Assembly (NCBI GenBank): GCA_036654095.1 | Contig: JAVVSR010000001.1 | Coordinates: 159,987-223,986, forward strand | From: Clostridia bacterium | Lineage (GTDB): Bacteria > Bacillota > Clostridia > Christensenellales > CAG-917 | Direction: 5' to 3' | Length of the DNA: 64,000 nt | Shown: one piece after another, positions 1 through 10,541 of the stretch | Position numbering within the stretch: the first letter of the stretch is position 1 | Layout: each line of letters starts with the position of its first letter | Program-made: the position numbers and the translations under genes | Notes under the pieces: model-generated | What the model saw: only the letters and a program-made list of their open reading frames with translations | Told to the model about the DNA's origin: nothing | Database searches by the model: none

Positions 1-35
1 TGTACAGACGACTTGACAATATTAAAAATGAAAAA

Positions 36-389
36 ATGTTCAAGCTGTGGGATATTTCTGTCGGCGTTATTGTGCTTGGGATAATTATTTCAGCAATGAT
101 TATGTACTTTATGCCTCGAGGTAGTTATGCCGAGGTTTATGTAAACGGCGTTCTTCGCGATAGATATCCGCTTAGCGTTGATACTACTATCGAAATTAAT
201 GATTTTGGACGAAATATAATTGTTATTAAAGATGGTCAAGTTTATATGAGCGAGGCATCTTGCGAAAGTCAAAACTGCGTTTTAGAAAAATCAATACATA
301 AAGTTGGTGACCAAATAGTTTGCCTTCCAAACAAAGTTATTGTAATTATTGTTGGGAAAAAGGAGGGCGAACTTGATGCAATTACCTAA
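36..389 (+). CDS. NusG domain II-like small membrane-anchored protein
   Basis: 117-aa ORF with one N-terminal TM helix (VGVIVLGIIISAMIMYF) and a beta-rich C-terminal part. Its end overlaps the next gene, the pairing usually seen with Gx transporters. Family call is from memory, not a search. Confidence 0.5.
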   Translation: MFKLWDISVGVIVLGIIISAMIMYFMPRGSYAEVYVNGVLRDRYPLSVDTTIEINDFGRNIIVIKDGQVYMSEASCESQNCVLEKSIHKVGDQIVCLPNKVIVIIVGKKEGELDAIT

Positions 390-924
390 AATTTCTACCC
401 AACGCGTTGCAATTACAGGCATAATGCTTTCGTTAGCGCTTATACTATCGCTTATTGAAACTGCTTTACCGCCGATAATGCCCGTCGTTCCATATGCGAA
501 AATTGGGTTTTCAAATATTGTTTTGTTGGTCGCATTAATGCTTTTAGGATATAAATCGTGTATTCTTATTTTAATTATTAAGTGCTTACTTGTTGGTATT
601 TTTTCAGGTAATATATTTTCCATTGTGTACTCATTACCTGCGGGGATAATATCATATAGCGTAACGGCATTGATAATAAATATTAAACAAATAAGTCTTG
701 TAGCGGTTAGTACTGTTGGTTCAATAGTGCATAATATTGTGCAAATTTTGGTTGCAAGCATTGTGATAGGGCATACCATATGGCTAACATTGCCATATTT
801 ACTGTTGTTAGGTGGCGCGGTAGGGGTTGGAATAGGCGTCGTAACATTTGTGGTGCTTAAATATTTGCCACATTCGTTAATATTACAGTATTCTGAAACT
901 CCTAAAAACAAAAATAAAATATAA
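376..924 (+). CDS. Gx transporter family integral membrane protein (heptaprenyl diphosphate synthase component I-like)
   Basis: GGAGGG at 361-366 followed by ATG at 376, so the ORF-track start at 349 is probably too early. About 182 aa and hydrophobic throughout with several TM helices. Confidence 0.55.
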   Translation: MQLPKISTQRVAITGIMLSLALILSLIETALPPIMPVVPYAKIGFSNIVLLVALMLLGYKSCILILIIKCLLVGIFSGNIFSIVYSLPAGIISYSVTALIINIKQISLVAVSTVGSIVHNIVQILVASIVIGHTIWLTLPYLLLLGGAVGVGIGVVTFVVLKYLPHSLILQYSETPKNKNKI

Positions 925-930
925 AATGAA

Positions 931-965
931 AAAATCCGTAAAAAAATGCGGATTTTTGTTTTTTT
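931..965 (+). terminator. Rho-independent terminator after the Gx transporter gene
   Basis: Stem AAAATCCG (931-938) pairs with CGGATTTT (949-956), followed by a T-run to 965. Confidence 0.6.
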
Positions 966-1034
966 AAAGCTAAAAATGTTATTTAGCTTAACTTTTAAAC
1001 TGTTGCGTAAACCTTGTAATAGGTAGAATAGGCT

Positions 1035-2264
1035 CTATTTTTTAAATGGTAAAAAACCATCATCTTCGTGCAAATCGGCATTTAATATATCATTATTTAA
1101 AAGTATTGCTCGTTGAACACTTTTATAACCATACTTTTGTCGAATTTTATCAATACTTTCCTCAAGTCGAGTTTCTTTATTGTCACAAACGTCAAACATT
1201 GTAAATTGAATATCGTCATAACCATTAGTTAGCTTTTGAGTGTATACGCTGATTGACCTCAAAGGAATGGCAAAGTTATAGTTATCTAGTAAAAGTTTTA
1301 GTGCGCTTTCTGCAAGTAAACTAGAGTTGCTAGTAGGTGAGGTTAGCGTTAATTGACGTGTTATGGAATGTAGGTTTGTGTCGCGTAATCCTAGAGAAAC
1401 ACCCCCTGCAAGTAGCCCGTACTTTCTAAGACGAGTGGCAACCATTTCAGACAATGCGTATATTACGACTTTTGCCGAATCAACATTTGTAATATCTTTT
1501 GAAGTCGTTGTGCCGTGGCCAACACTTTTGGGAATGTGGTTATCATAATATAACTTAACTTCTTCTCGCTCAATCCCCGAAGCGTTGTCAATCATCTTAT
1601 CTGCAACTATGCCAAAATGTCTGTTCAGCAAAGTTCTATCGGTTTTTGCTAAGTCGCCAATCGTATTAATGTTTAACTTTTTAAGCCGTTCCGCGCTACT
1701 TTTCCCAATCATTAACAGCTCCAAAATAGGAAGCGGCCAAACAAGTTGTTTGTAATTTTCACGGGTTATGACTGTTGTCGCGTCGGGCTTTTTATAGTCA
1801 CTTCCAAGCTTTGCAAATATTTTAGTAAATGATACGCCAACTGAAATTGTTAAACCGGTTTCTTTTTTAACTCTCTCGCGAAGCATATCGGCAATTTTTT
1901 CACCGCTGCCAAACATTTTGATACTTTCGGTTACATCTAGCCAACATTCGTCTATGCCAAAACTTTCAACGCGGTCGGTAATTGTAGTGTATATTTTAAA
2001 GACAATTTCGCTGTATCGAACATATTCCTCGTGATGTGGCGCTACAACAATTAAATTTGGACATTTCTTAATTGCTTGCCAAACCGCATCGCCTGTTTTA
2101 ACGCCAAACTTCTTTGCTGATTGACTTTTTGCCAATACAATACCGTGTCGTTTTTTAGGGTCGCCACAAACAGCTACGGGCTTTCCTTGAAGCTCGGGAT
2201 TTAACACACATTCTACCGATGCGTAAAAGTTATTCATATCGCAGTGAAGTATAACCCTATCCAT
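1035..2264 (-). CDS. dinB: DNA polymerase IV (Y-family translesion polymerase)
   Basis: 409 aa. N-terminus MDRVILHCDMNNFYASVECV...GKPVAVCG is typical of the Y-family palm, followed by little-finger region similarity. Confidence 0.9.
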   Translation of the reverse strand: MDRVILHCDMNNFYASVECVLNPELQGKPVAVCGDPKKRHGIVLAKSQSAKKFGVKTGDAVWQAIKKCPNLIVVAPHHEEYVRYSEIVFKIYTTITDRVESFGIDECWLDVTESIKMFGSGEKIADMLRERVKKETGLTISVGVSFTKIFAKLGSDYKKPDATTVITRENYKQLVWPLPILELLMIGKSSAERLKKLNINTIGDLAKTDRTLLNRHFGIVADKMIDNASGIEREEVKLYYDNHIPKSVGHGTTTSKDITNVDSAKVVIYALSEMVATRLRKYGLLAGGVSLGLRDTNLHSITRQLTLTSPTSNSSLLAESALKLLLDNYNFAIPLRSISVYTQKLTNGYDDIQFTMFDVCDNKETRLEESIDKIRQKYGYKSVQRAILLNNDILNADLHEDDGFLPFKK

Positions 2265-2677
2265 TTTATCCTTGTAAAATAATTTATTGCAAATACATAA
2301 TCCAAAAAAAACTATTAATTGTAAATTTATAAAGTAAAAAGGTTAAAGCAATTTAATACATTTTAAAATTAATATGTCACTTTTTAGTAAAATATTATAT
2401 TTTATTAAAAAGTATAAAGCAATATTGAGTTGGCCGTTTAAACTTAATAATTTAGCTATTAAGCCCAATTTATATAACTAATGTTTATCGATATGCGCAT
2501 TTACTTCAAAATAAAGTTGCAATATTAAGTATGGTTTTGCATACAGACAACTAATAAAAAATATAGCTTGTTATGCTGCTTGTTATTATTATTTTACCAC
2601 ATTGCATATGATTAAAACAACTACTGTGCGTATATTTAATAAAAATTTTATTTTTTAAAAATTTTATTTAAAAACTA

Positions 2678-2706
2678 TTGCAATTAAAAACAATATGGTT
2701 TATAAT
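2678..2706 (+). promoter_or_regulatory. Sigma-A type promoter of the ctsR operon
   Basis: TTGCAA (2678-2683), a 17-nt spacer, then TATAAT (2701-2706), read directly from the sequence. Confidence 0.6.
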
Positions 2707-2709
2707 TAA

Positions 2710-2726
2710 GGTCAAAGATAGTCAAA
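2710..2726 (+). promoter_or_regulatory. CtsR operator (heptad direct repeat)
   Basis: GGTCAAA-GAT-AGTCAAA matches the CtsR box consensus (A/G)GTCAAA-NAN-(A/G)GTCAAA. It lies immediately downstream of the -10 element and just upstream of ctsR. Confidence 0.8.
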
Positions 2727-2737
2727 AAGGATTTTTT

Positions 2738-3187
2738 ATGAAAATAAGCGATATTATCGAACAGTTTATCATTGATATAATAGGGGAAGGCGAGGTTGCG
2801 GATATAAGTCGCAACGAACTTGCTTCCTATTTTCGGTGCGCGCCCTCGCAAATAAACTACGTATTGCAAACTCGCTTTACCTTAGACCGCGGTTTTCAAG
2901 TTGAAAGCCAACGCGGAGGCGGTGGATATATTCGTATAGAAAGGTTGGCTATTGATAAAAATCCATATCTATACAGTTTGCTTGAAACGTTAAGTGAGCC
3001 AATATCGTATACTCGACTTTTGCAAATTGCCGAATGTTTAGTTGAAAATGGCATTATGTTGCCCGAAGAAGGCGCGCTTTTGACGAGAATGACATCTGAT
3101 AAAGCTTTAGCTACTCCATCAAACAACAGTGATAGTATTCGCAGTAATATACTTAAAGAAACAATAATTCATTTAATAAAGAGGTAA
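2738..3187 (+). CDS. ctsR: Class III stress gene repressor CtsR
   Basis: MKISDIIEQFI...APSQINYVLQTRFT...ESQRGGGGYIRI is the CtsR signature. The start is set at ATG 2738, the internal Met of the ORF-track 2678 ORF. Confidence 0.9.
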   Translation: MKISDIIEQFIIDIIGEGEVADISRNELASYFRCAPSQINYVLQTRFTLDRGFQVESQRGGGGYIRIERLAIDKNPYLYSLLETLSEPISYTRLLQIAECLVENGIMLPEEGALLTRMTSDKALATPSNNSDSIRSNILKETIIHLIKR

Positions 3188-3190
3188 AAT

Positions 3191-3649
3191 ATGCAAAGTA
3201 ATGCTAATGGTAAGATGTGTGATATATGTGGAAAACGTCCAGCGGTTTATTGTATCTTAAACGGTGTTATGGGCGAAATATATTGTTGCCAACAGTGTTT
3301 ATATGAAAAACAAAATGTTGGAGTAAAGGGTTTTGTTGATTTTTTAAGCGAAGATGTAGTTTGTCCAGTATGTGGGACTACGCTTAGTGAATTTGAAAAT
3401 AGCTCATATGTAGGTTGTTCGGACTGTTATCGTATTTTTAGGCAAGAAGTTTTATCGAAAATTCAAGACATGCACAATACCCGAAAACATATGGGTAAAA
3501 GATTGGTTAAGCGTTCTGACAATAAAAACATTAATTTAACCGACCGCGAAAAACTAAAAGAACAATATTTTTTAGCAAAAGAAGAAAATAGAACTAAAGA
3601 TGCCGAGGAATTTTATAAAAGTTTAAACAAGGAGCGCGATGATGAATAA
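3191..3649 (+). CDS. mcsA: McsA, activator of protein arginine kinase (zinc-finger/UVR motif protein)
   Basis: 152 aa with paired CxxC motifs (CDICG, CCQQC, CPVCG, CSDC). Its position between ctsR and mcsB is the canonical operon order. Confidence 0.8.
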   Translation: MQSNANGKMCDICGKRPAVYCILNGVMGEIYCCQQCLYEKQNVGVKGFVDFLSEDVVCPVCGTTLSEFENSSYVGCSDCYRIFRQEVLSKIQDMHNTRKHMGKRLVKRSDNKNINLTDREKLKEQYFLAKEENRTKDAEEFYKSLNKERDDE

Positions 3650-4640
3650 TTTTGATAAAGTTGTTGTTTCCTCACGAGTTCGGTTGGCGCGTAATTTTAA
3701 AGGCATACCATTTCCTCAGCGGCTTAATGACGTCAATGCTCGTAATTTAATTATAAAAGCAGCTGACAATGCTGCAACTTTTCAGCACGACTTGTTGCTG
3801 ATGAGCGAGGTTAATAATATTGAGCGACTTTCGCTTGTTGAACGACACTTGATTAGTATTGACCTAATAAATCACGTTGATATGGGAGCGCTAATTTTAA
3901 GTAAAGACGAAAGTATTTCGGTTATGATAAACGAGGAAGACCATATTCGCGCGCAGTGCATACTTAAGGGAATGAATTTGCGCGAATGTTATAAAACTAT
4001 CGATAAGTACGATAACGCGTTATCCAATGAAATGCCTATTGCGTACGATAGCGATTTTGGTTATCTTACGGCTTGTTTAACTAACGTTGGCACGGGTATG
4101 CGGGCTTCGGCGATGTTGTTTTTGCCTGCAATTACATTGTCAAATGTTATTGAAAATTACGTTAGTCACGCATCGCGTATGGGCATTACTGTTAGAGGTG
4201 TTTACGGTGAAAGGTCAAATCCGGAAGGCTGTATGTATCAAATTTCAAACTCAAAAACAATAGGGCTAAGCGAGCAAAATATTTTAGATACTGTTGAAGA
4301 AATGGTTAGTGAGCTGTGCGCGATTGAACTTGGCTTAAGAAATGAAATTTATAGCAAAGATAAAATAAAATTTGAAGATAAAGTGTATCGCGCATATGGT
4401 ATTCTTGCTAATGCTAGAAGCTTACCGAGTAGTGAATTTATGGAAATTATGTCGTGGCTTAAGTTTGGTATTGCAATGGAAATTATAGATTTTAAAGATT
4501 TGGAACTTTTGGATAAAATGGTCATTTATGCCCAACCTGCAAATCTTTGTATGCTTATGAATGGCGAAGAACTTAGTCCAAATGAACGCGATTTTGCGCG
4601 AGCAAAATATGTTCGGGATACACTAAAAAGATTGAAATAA
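3639..4640 (+). CDS. mcsB: Protein arginine kinase McsB (ATP:guanido phosphotransferase)
   Basis: 333 aa. Motifs SSRVRLARN, NEEDHIR and TNVGTGMRAS are typical of the phosphagen-kinase fold of McsB. The gene overlaps the mcsA stop. Confidence 0.9.
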   Translation: MMNNFDKVVVSSRVRLARNFKGIPFPQRLNDVNARNLIIKAADNAATFQHDLLLMSEVNNIERLSLVERHLISIDLINHVDMGALILSKDESISVMINEEDHIRAQCILKGMNLRECYKTIDKYDNALSNEMPIAYDSDFGYLTACLTNVGTGMRASAMLFLPAITLSNVIENYVSHASRMGITVRGVYGERSNPEGCMYQISNSKTIGLSEQNILDTVEEMVSELCAIELGLRNEIYSKDKIKFEDKVYRAYGILANARSLPSSEFMEIMSWLKFGIAMEIIDFKDLELLDKMVIYAQPANLCMLMNGEELSPNERDFARAKYVRDTLKRLK

Positions 4641-4652
4641 AGGAGGAGTTGT

Positions 4653-7211
4653 ATGTTACAAGATTCAAGAAACGTTGCTTTAGTTAAAAGAGAAGCATAT
4701 AATATCGCCAATCAAACTGGCGGCGAAATTGGAAGTGAACATTTATTAGCTGGCTTGGTTTTGGTTGATGGCTCGATTGCCAACGGTCTTTTGATGCTAC
4801 ACGGCGTTAATATTAAGAAAATTCAAAACAATTTTCATACAGTTACGCTTATGACTGAGCCTTATTATAGCAGCAGAACAAAAAATATTTTACAAAACGC
4901 AATGGTCATTGCCGCCGAGTGCAGGCAGGGCGTTATCGGAACGGAACATTTGCTTGGCGCAATTTTCAGTGAGAAAGATTGTAAGGCGTATGCAATATTA
5001 ACAAATGCAGCCGATGACTACAAATTGTTGGAAAAAGAACTTTTTGACATTCTGCACGAGCAAAGCGATGAGGCAGACGCATACAATGAAAATAATGATG
5101 ACGATGATAATATTATTGAAATAACTTATAACAGTGATATAAATACGCCGAAGGATTTTATTGAACGCATAAAGGAACATTTTGAAAATGTTGATAACAA
5201 TATCACCGACAATAAACGTGATGTTAAAAGAGGTTCAACGGACAAAAAAAGAAGCGAAGTCAGCGCGCCCGTCAAAGAACTTGAGGGGTTCGGCATTGAT
5301 TTAACAATGCGCGCTAAGGAAAATAAACTTGACCCTGTTATTGGGCGTGAAAAGGAAATTGAACGAATTATCCAAGCATTGTGTAGGCGTACTAAAAATA
5401 ATCCAGTTTTAATCGGCGAACCCGGCGTTGGCAAATCAGCTATTGTCGAAGGCTTAGCGCAGGCGATTGTTGCGGATAAAGTTCCAGACGCTTTAAAAAA
5501 TAAAATAGTTTTTACATTGGATATGGCAGGGATTGTTGCAGGCACAAAATATCGTGGCGAATTTGAGGAAAGGTTTAAAAACGCGCTTGATGCTGTTAAG
5601 TCGAAAGGGAATATTATATTGTTTATTGATGAAATCCATACAATAGTAAACGCTGGTGGCGCAGAGGGCGCGATAGATGCGGCAAATATTTTAAAGCCAA
5701 TGCTTGCTAGAGGCGAAATACAAACCGTCGGCGCAACAACCATTGACGAATATCGAAAATATATTGAAAAAGATGCGGCTTTAGAGCGTCGTTTTCAGCC
5801 GATAATGGTTGACCCGCCTTCTGTTGATGATACGATTTTAATTTTAAAGGGATTACGCGATAAATACGAGGCGCACCACAAAGTCACAATTACCGACGAA
5901 GCTATTGACGCTGCCGCAAATTTGTCAGACAGGTATATTGCCGATAGATTTTTGCCCGATAAAGCTATTGACCTTATTGACGAAGCGTCTAGCAGAAAAA
6001 GGATTTTTGCATTTTCAATGCCGTCTGACATTAAAGAGGCTGAAGCAAAATTAAAATCACTTCAATACGATATCAAGGAAGCTAGTACTAATGAAAATTT
6101 TGATAAGGCAAAGTCACTGACCATTGAACGTGATAAACTGCAAAAAATTGTAGAAGAAGGCAAGGATAGCTATGACAAAAAGAAGGCGAATACAAAACTT
6201 TCAATCAATCAAGATGATATTGCCGAAATAGTATCAAGTTGGACATCTGTGCCCGTTGCAAAACTTACTGAAAACGAAAGTTCAAGATTGTTAAAGCTTG
6301 AAGATATTCTTCACGAACGAGTTATTGGACAAAACGAAGCCGTTTCGGCGGTCGCGAGAGCGATTAAGCGCGCGCGAGCAGGTATTTCTGACCCGAAACG
6401 TCCAATAGGTTCATTTATTTTTCTTGGCCCAACAGGTGTTGGAAAAACCGAATTAAGTAAAGCGTTAGCTGCCGCTATGTTTGGCGACGAAAATCTTATG
6501 ATTAGAGTTGATATGAGCGAATATATGGATAAAGCAAATGTCAGCAAACTTATCGGTTCGGCGCCGGGTTACGTAGGATTTGAGGAAGGTGGACAGTTAA
6601 CTGAAAAAGTACGTCGCAAACCCTATTCCGTTATTTTGTTTGACGAAATTGAAAAAGCGCACCCCGATGTTTTTAATATATTGCTGCAAATACTTGAAGA
6701 TGGTCGCTTAACCGATTCACACGGACGAATGATTAGCTTTAAAAATACAATAATAATTATGACTTCAAACGTCGGCGCTAGTGAAATAAACAAAACTAAA
6801 CGCTTAGGATTTAACGATACAAGCGACTATGACGACTTGCGCGACAGACAAATTGAAGCATTAAAGCAAGTTATGAAGCCCGAGTTTATCAACCGTATTG
6901 ATGAAATTATCGTGTTTTGTCCGTTGGAAAAAGATGATATTGATAAAATTGCAACAATTATGATAAAAAATCTTGAAAATCGATTAGCTGAACGAGATAT
7001 CAAAATTGAGGTTTCAAAGGAAGCGAAAGCGTATCTAGTTGACAAAGGATATGACAAGGAATATGGCGCGCGTCCACTTAGAAGAACAATACAGCGTCAG
7101 GTTGAAGACAGACTTAGTGAAGAAATTTTAAAAAACACTGTTAATTTGGGAGATACCGTGGATATTTCGCTTGAAAATAATGAATTAACGTTTAAAAATC
7201 GTTCAAAGTAA
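4653..7211 (+). CDS. clpC: ATP-dependent Clp protease ATP-binding subunit ClpC
   Basis: 852 aa with two AAA+ modules (GEPGVGKS and GPTGVGKT Walker A), Clp_N repeats, a UVR-like middle domain, and AGGAGG 6 nt upstream. Confidence 0.95.
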   Translation: MLQDSRNVALVKREAYNIANQTGGEIGSEHLLAGLVLVDGSIANGLLMLHGVNIKKIQNNFHTVTLMTEPYYSSRTKNILQNAMVIAAECRQGVIGTEHLLGAIFSEKDCKAYAILTNAADDYKLLEKELFDILHEQSDEADAYNENNDDDDNIIEITYNSDINTPKDFIERIKEHFENVDNNITDNKRDVKRGSTDKKRSEVSAPVKELEGFGIDLTMRAKENKLDPVIGREKEIERIIQALCRRTKNNPVLIGEPGVGKSAIVEGLAQAIVADKVPDALKNKIVFTLDMAGIVAGTKYRGEFEERFKNALDAVKSKGNIILFIDEIHTIVNAGGAEGAIDAANILKPMLARGEIQTVGATTIDEYRKYIEKDAALERRFQPIMVDPPSVDDTILILKGLRDKYEAHHKVTITDEAIDAAANLSDRYIADRFLPDKAIDLIDEASSRKRIFAFSMPSDIKEAEAKLKSLQYDIKEASTNENFDKAKSLTIERDKLQKIVEEGKDSYDKKKANTKLSINQDDIAEIVSSWTSVPVAKLTENESSRLLKLEDILHERVIGQNEAVSAVARAIKRARAGISDPKRPIGSFIFLGPTGVGKTELSKALAAAMFGDENLMIRVDMSEYMDKANVSKLIGSAPGYVGFEEGGQLTEKVRRKPYSVILFDEIEKAHPDVFNILLQILEDGRLTDSHGRMISFKNTIIIMTSNVGASEINKTKRLGFNDTSDYDDLRDRQIEALKQVMKPEFINRIDEIIVFCPLEKDDIDKIATIMIKNLENRLAERDIKIEVSKEAKAYLVDKGYDKEYGARPLRRTIQRQVEDRLSEEILKNTVNLGDTVDISLENNELTFKNRSK

Positions 7212-7315
7212 AAGTCTGTATAATTTACTTTCAAATGTTTATATAAAACATTTTTATATAAACTAAACCTTAAATGCTAGTGAGTTATTGTTAAACTAAT
7301 TATATTTAATTAAAT

Positions 7316-7343
7316 AAAAGATGCGCATTTCTGCGCATCTTTT
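7316..7343. terminator. Bidirectional terminator between convergent clpC and hpf
   Basis: AAAAGATGCGCA-TTTC-TGCGCATCTTTT palindrome with A and T runs on both sides. Confidence 0.7.
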
Positions 7344-7371
7344 ACTATTTATTTTATAAAACTATACTTTT

Positions 7372-7953
7372 TTAATAATCACATTCAATTACGCCTACAT
7401 CACCTTTATGGCGTTTATAAACCACATTTACCTTGCCCGTTTCGGCATTTAAATAAATAAAGAAATCGTGGTCAAGCAAAATAAGTTCATCAATCGCGCC
7501 TTCAGTCGAAAGGGGAGTTAATTGGAATTTTTTAGATTTAACCGCTTTCATTTTAAATTCATCTAAATTATTTTCTTTATTTAAATACTCTAAGGTAAGG
7601 TCAACAGGCGATTTAATATCCTTTTCAAACTTAGTACGAAGTTTGGACACTTGGCGTTCAAGTCTATCAATTACAACGTCAATAGTATCAAATATGCTTG
7701 ATGCAGTTTCCTCAGCGCGGATAATCCTGTCACCAAAATGCACGGTTGCTTCTAATGTATAGCGTTCCTTATTTTTTTCCTGACTGCAAACAAATTTAGC
7801 AACAGCATTGTCTTTTTCAATAAAACTTGACAGTTTTGATTCAGGCTTACCATAGGTGTCAAAATAACGGTCCAATTTGTCAAACTTTTTTTCAACGACG
7901 CTCTTTAGTCTTTCGCTGGGAGTGTAGTTCCTACCAATAAATTCAATACGCAT
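7372..7953 (-). CDS. hpf: Ribosome hibernation promoting factor, long form
   Basis: 193 aa. The N-terminal sigma-54-modulation/RaiA domain (MRIEFIGRNYTPSERLK) is followed by the C-terminal dimerisation domain (LSTEGAIDELILLDHDFFIY). Confidence 0.9.
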   Translation of the reverse strand: MRIEFIGRNYTPSERLKSVVEKKFDKLDRYFDTYGKPESKLSSFIEKDNAVAKFVCSQEKNKERYTLEATVHFGDRIIRAEETASSIFDTIDVVIDRLERQVSKLRTKFEKDIKSPVDLTLEYLNKENNLDEFKMKAVKSKKFQLTPLSTEGAIDELILLDHDFFIYLNAETGKVNVVYKRHKGDVGVIECDY

Positions 7954-8255
7954 AAAACCAGCCTCCTTATTAGTTGAAATATTGTATATATTTCTTAACT
8001 CTATTATACGATAAATTTAATTAAATATCAATAGGCTTTGAAAATTAATTTACTTATTTTATTAAATTTTCAATAATACTAAAACTAAAGGCAACAAACT
8101 ATTAGTTGTTAAAAATAAAAAACATTGCAAACCAATGTTTTAATTATGAATTTTCTGGTTAAAGCTTAGATATAATTAATAAATGTCAAAATGTTTTATA
8201 TATTTGCTAATTGTTAATTAGATTTCTTGTAATATAATTTTATTTATTATATAAT

Positions 8256-9053
8256 ATGGTTATGAAATTAGGAATAAGCACAGCCACATTTTTTGGCAAG
8301 GAAGTTACTGAAAATACCTTTGAGCTGATTGAAGCGTTAAAGGTGTCTTGTTGCGAAGTTTTTTTGACAACATTTTCTGAGTATTTGCCAAGTTTCGGTA
8401 ATTTACTTAAAAGCAAAATTGGCGATACAGAGGTTTATTCAATTCATTCGCTTAATTTAAATTATGAACCTGAATTGTTAAACACTATTCCGCGTACGCG
8501 AAATGATGGCGAAGCTATATATCGTATGGTTTTGGAAAACGGACAAAAACTTAATGCGAAATCCTATACATTTCACGGGTCGGCAAGGCTTAAAAACCGT
8601 CCATACATTTTTAATTATCAAACGCTTGGTTCGCGAATTGATGAACTTTATTCAATAGCGTCGGAGTATGATATTGCGCTGTCTTATGAAAACGTGCATT
8701 GGGCTTACTTTTCCGTACCTGAATTTTTTAAGCAATTACGTGAATTTTCGCCTCGGATACAATGCACTCTTGATATAAAACAAGCTATGCAGGCAAAACT
8801 TTCATATGAAGATTTTTTGCCAGTTATGCAGGGTAGGCTTAACAATGTTCATCTGTGCGATTATGACCTAAACGGCGCTTTGTGTGCGCCGGGAAAGGGG
8901 AGCGTTGACTTCTATAAGTTGTTTTCGATGCTTAGAGATATCGGATATGACGGGCATCTTATGGTTGAACTTTATAGTCAAAATTACGAAAACTATTCTG
9001 AATTAGGCGATTGTATAGAGTACTTGCTTAATATTTTAGATAAAATCAAATAA
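8256..9053 (+). CDS. Sugar phosphate isomerase/epimerase (xylose isomerase-like TIM barrel family)
   Basis: 265 aa. Pattern of FHGS, YENVHW, HLCDYD and MVELY is consistent with the AP endonuclease 2/xylose isomerase-like fold. Substrate unknown. Confidence 0.55.
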   Translation: MVMKLGISTATFFGKEVTENTFELIEALKVSCCEVFLTTFSEYLPSFGNLLKSKIGDTEVYSIHSLNLNYEPELLNTIPRTRNDGEAIYRMVLENGQKLNAKSYTFHGSARLKNRPYIFNYQTLGSRIDELYSIASEYDIALSYENVHWAYFSVPEFFKQLREFSPRIQCTLDIKQAMQAKLSYEDFLPVMQGRLNNVHLCDYDLNGALCAPGKGSVDFYKLFSMLRDIGYDGHLMVELYSQNYENYSELGDCIEYLLNILDKIK

Positions 9054-9079
9054 AATTTAATCGGTGAGGTAAATTATCT

Positions 9080-10495
9080 ATGGCTTACAATAAGGCTGAA
9101 AACAAAATCAAATTTGATTATAACAATATGCTAAATACTTATATTGGCGATAAGGGTTTGTCTGAACGCGACTTTGCAAACGAAAACCTGCGATGCAATG
9201 ATGCGTTTAATTTTGTCGCCGAAAACCGCGGGAAAGGTTGGCTTGGTTGGACGGAGCTTCCATATAATCAATCATCAATCATTAGCGACATTTTGGAAAC
9301 GGCTAAAGATATTCGTAAAAAGTTTGATTATTTTGTTGTGCTAGGTATTGGCGGTTCGGCTTTAGGGCCTGTTGCTGTTTTTCAATCACTATGCCATCTT
9401 CATTACAACGATTTGCCCAAGTCGACTAGAAAAGCTCCAAAATTTTACGTTGAAGACAATATTGACCCCGAAAGAATGATGGCTTTATTAGATGTTATCG
9501 ACGTTTCAAAAACAATGTTTAACGTTGTTACCAAAAGCGGAGCTACTTCGGAAACAATGAGCCAATATTTGATTATTACGGATATTTTAAAAGAGGAGTT
9601 GGGCGAAAATTATAAAAATAATATTATTGCGACAACTTCGGAAAATAGCGGAAATTTAATTAAAATCGCCAAGGCGGAAGGCTTTAAAACATTTTTTATT
9701 CCTGATGGAGTAGGTGGAAGATTTTCTGAATTGTGTCCTGTTGGGCTTCTTCCTGCTGCTGTTTTAAAAATCGATATAAAAGGATTGCTTGATGGCGCGG
9801 CATATATGGATAAATTGTGCAATAAGCCAGCTGCGCATAAAAATCCTGCGTTGATGGCGGCGTTACTTCAATTTTTAGCTATGAAAAATGGATATAATAT
9901 TTCGGTTATGATGCCTTATGCTGACAGTTTAAAGTATATGGCTGATTGGTATTGTCAACTTTGGGGCGAAAGCCTTGGTAAAGCTGTTGATAATAACGGC
10001 AACAAGGTAAACGTAGGGCAAACTCCCGTTAAGGCTTTGGGTGTAACCGACCAACACAGCCAAGTACAGCTTTATACTGAAGGTCCTTATGATAAAGTTG
10101 TTACTTTTATTGCGGTGGAAGACTTTAGAAACGAAGTGTTAATTCCAGATGGCGCTGAAAATTATCCCAATGTTAATTTTCTTTGTGGCGCGACATTGGG
10201 TCAACTTCTAAATACCGAGCGCATTGCTACCGAATATGCATTGCTTAAGTCGGGAAGGCTTAATAACACCATCATTCTGCCCGAGGTTAACGCGTTTACT
10301 ATTGGTCAACTTTTGATGTTTTTCCAATTACAAACCGCATATGCCGGCGCAATGCTTAATATTGATACATTTAATCAACCCGGTGTGGAAGAAGGGAAAA
10401 ATGCAACATATGCTTTGTTTGACCGCGTTGGATATGAGGATAAGAAAAAAGAATTGTCATCAATGCCTTCTAAAAACGATAAATACATTATTTAA
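9080..10495 (+). CDS. pgi: Glucose-6-phosphate isomerase
   Basis: 471 aa. The SIS-domain motif VVLGIGGSALGP, DGVGGRFSE and QHSQVQLYTEGP are typical of Firmicute-type PGI. Confidence 0.9.
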   Translation: MAYNKAENKIKFDYNNMLNTYIGDKGLSERDFANENLRCNDAFNFVAENRGKGWLGWTELPYNQSSIISDILETAKDIRKKFDYFVVLGIGGSALGPVAVFQSLCHLHYNDLPKSTRKAPKFYVEDNIDPERMMALLDVIDVSKTMFNVVTKSGATSETMSQYLIITDILKEELGENYKNNIIATTSENSGNLIKIAKAEGFKTFFIPDGVGGRFSELCPVGLLPAAVLKIDIKGLLDGAAYMDKLCNKPAAHKNPALMAALLQFLAMKNGYNISVMMPYADSLKYMADWYCQLWGESLGKAVDNNGNKVNVGQTPVKALGVTDQHSQVQLYTEGPYDKVVTFIAVEDFRNEVLIPDGAENYPNVNFLCGATLGQLLNTERIATEYALLKSGRLNNTIILPEVNAFTIGQLLMFFQLQTAYAGAMLNIDTFNQPGVEEGKNATYALFDRVGYEDKKKELSSMPSKNDKYII

Positions 10496-10541
10496 GTAAA
10501 AAATTAGCAAAACAATGTTTTTTTGCTGTATAGGGAATAAT

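Noticed and set aside
291-911. 206-aa ORF on the minus strand, antisense to the Gx transporter gene
   Set aside because: It lies entirely opposite a well-supported membrane protein CDS. It has no RBS and an odd composition typical of a shadow frame.
5126-5743. 205-aa minus-strand ORF inside clpC, plus the other clpC antisense ORFs at 5795-6031, 6311-6547 and 6827-7057
   Set aside because: They are antisense to a near-certain ClpC coding sequence. Their Ser/Ile/Ala-rich low-complexity translation is typical of reverse frames.
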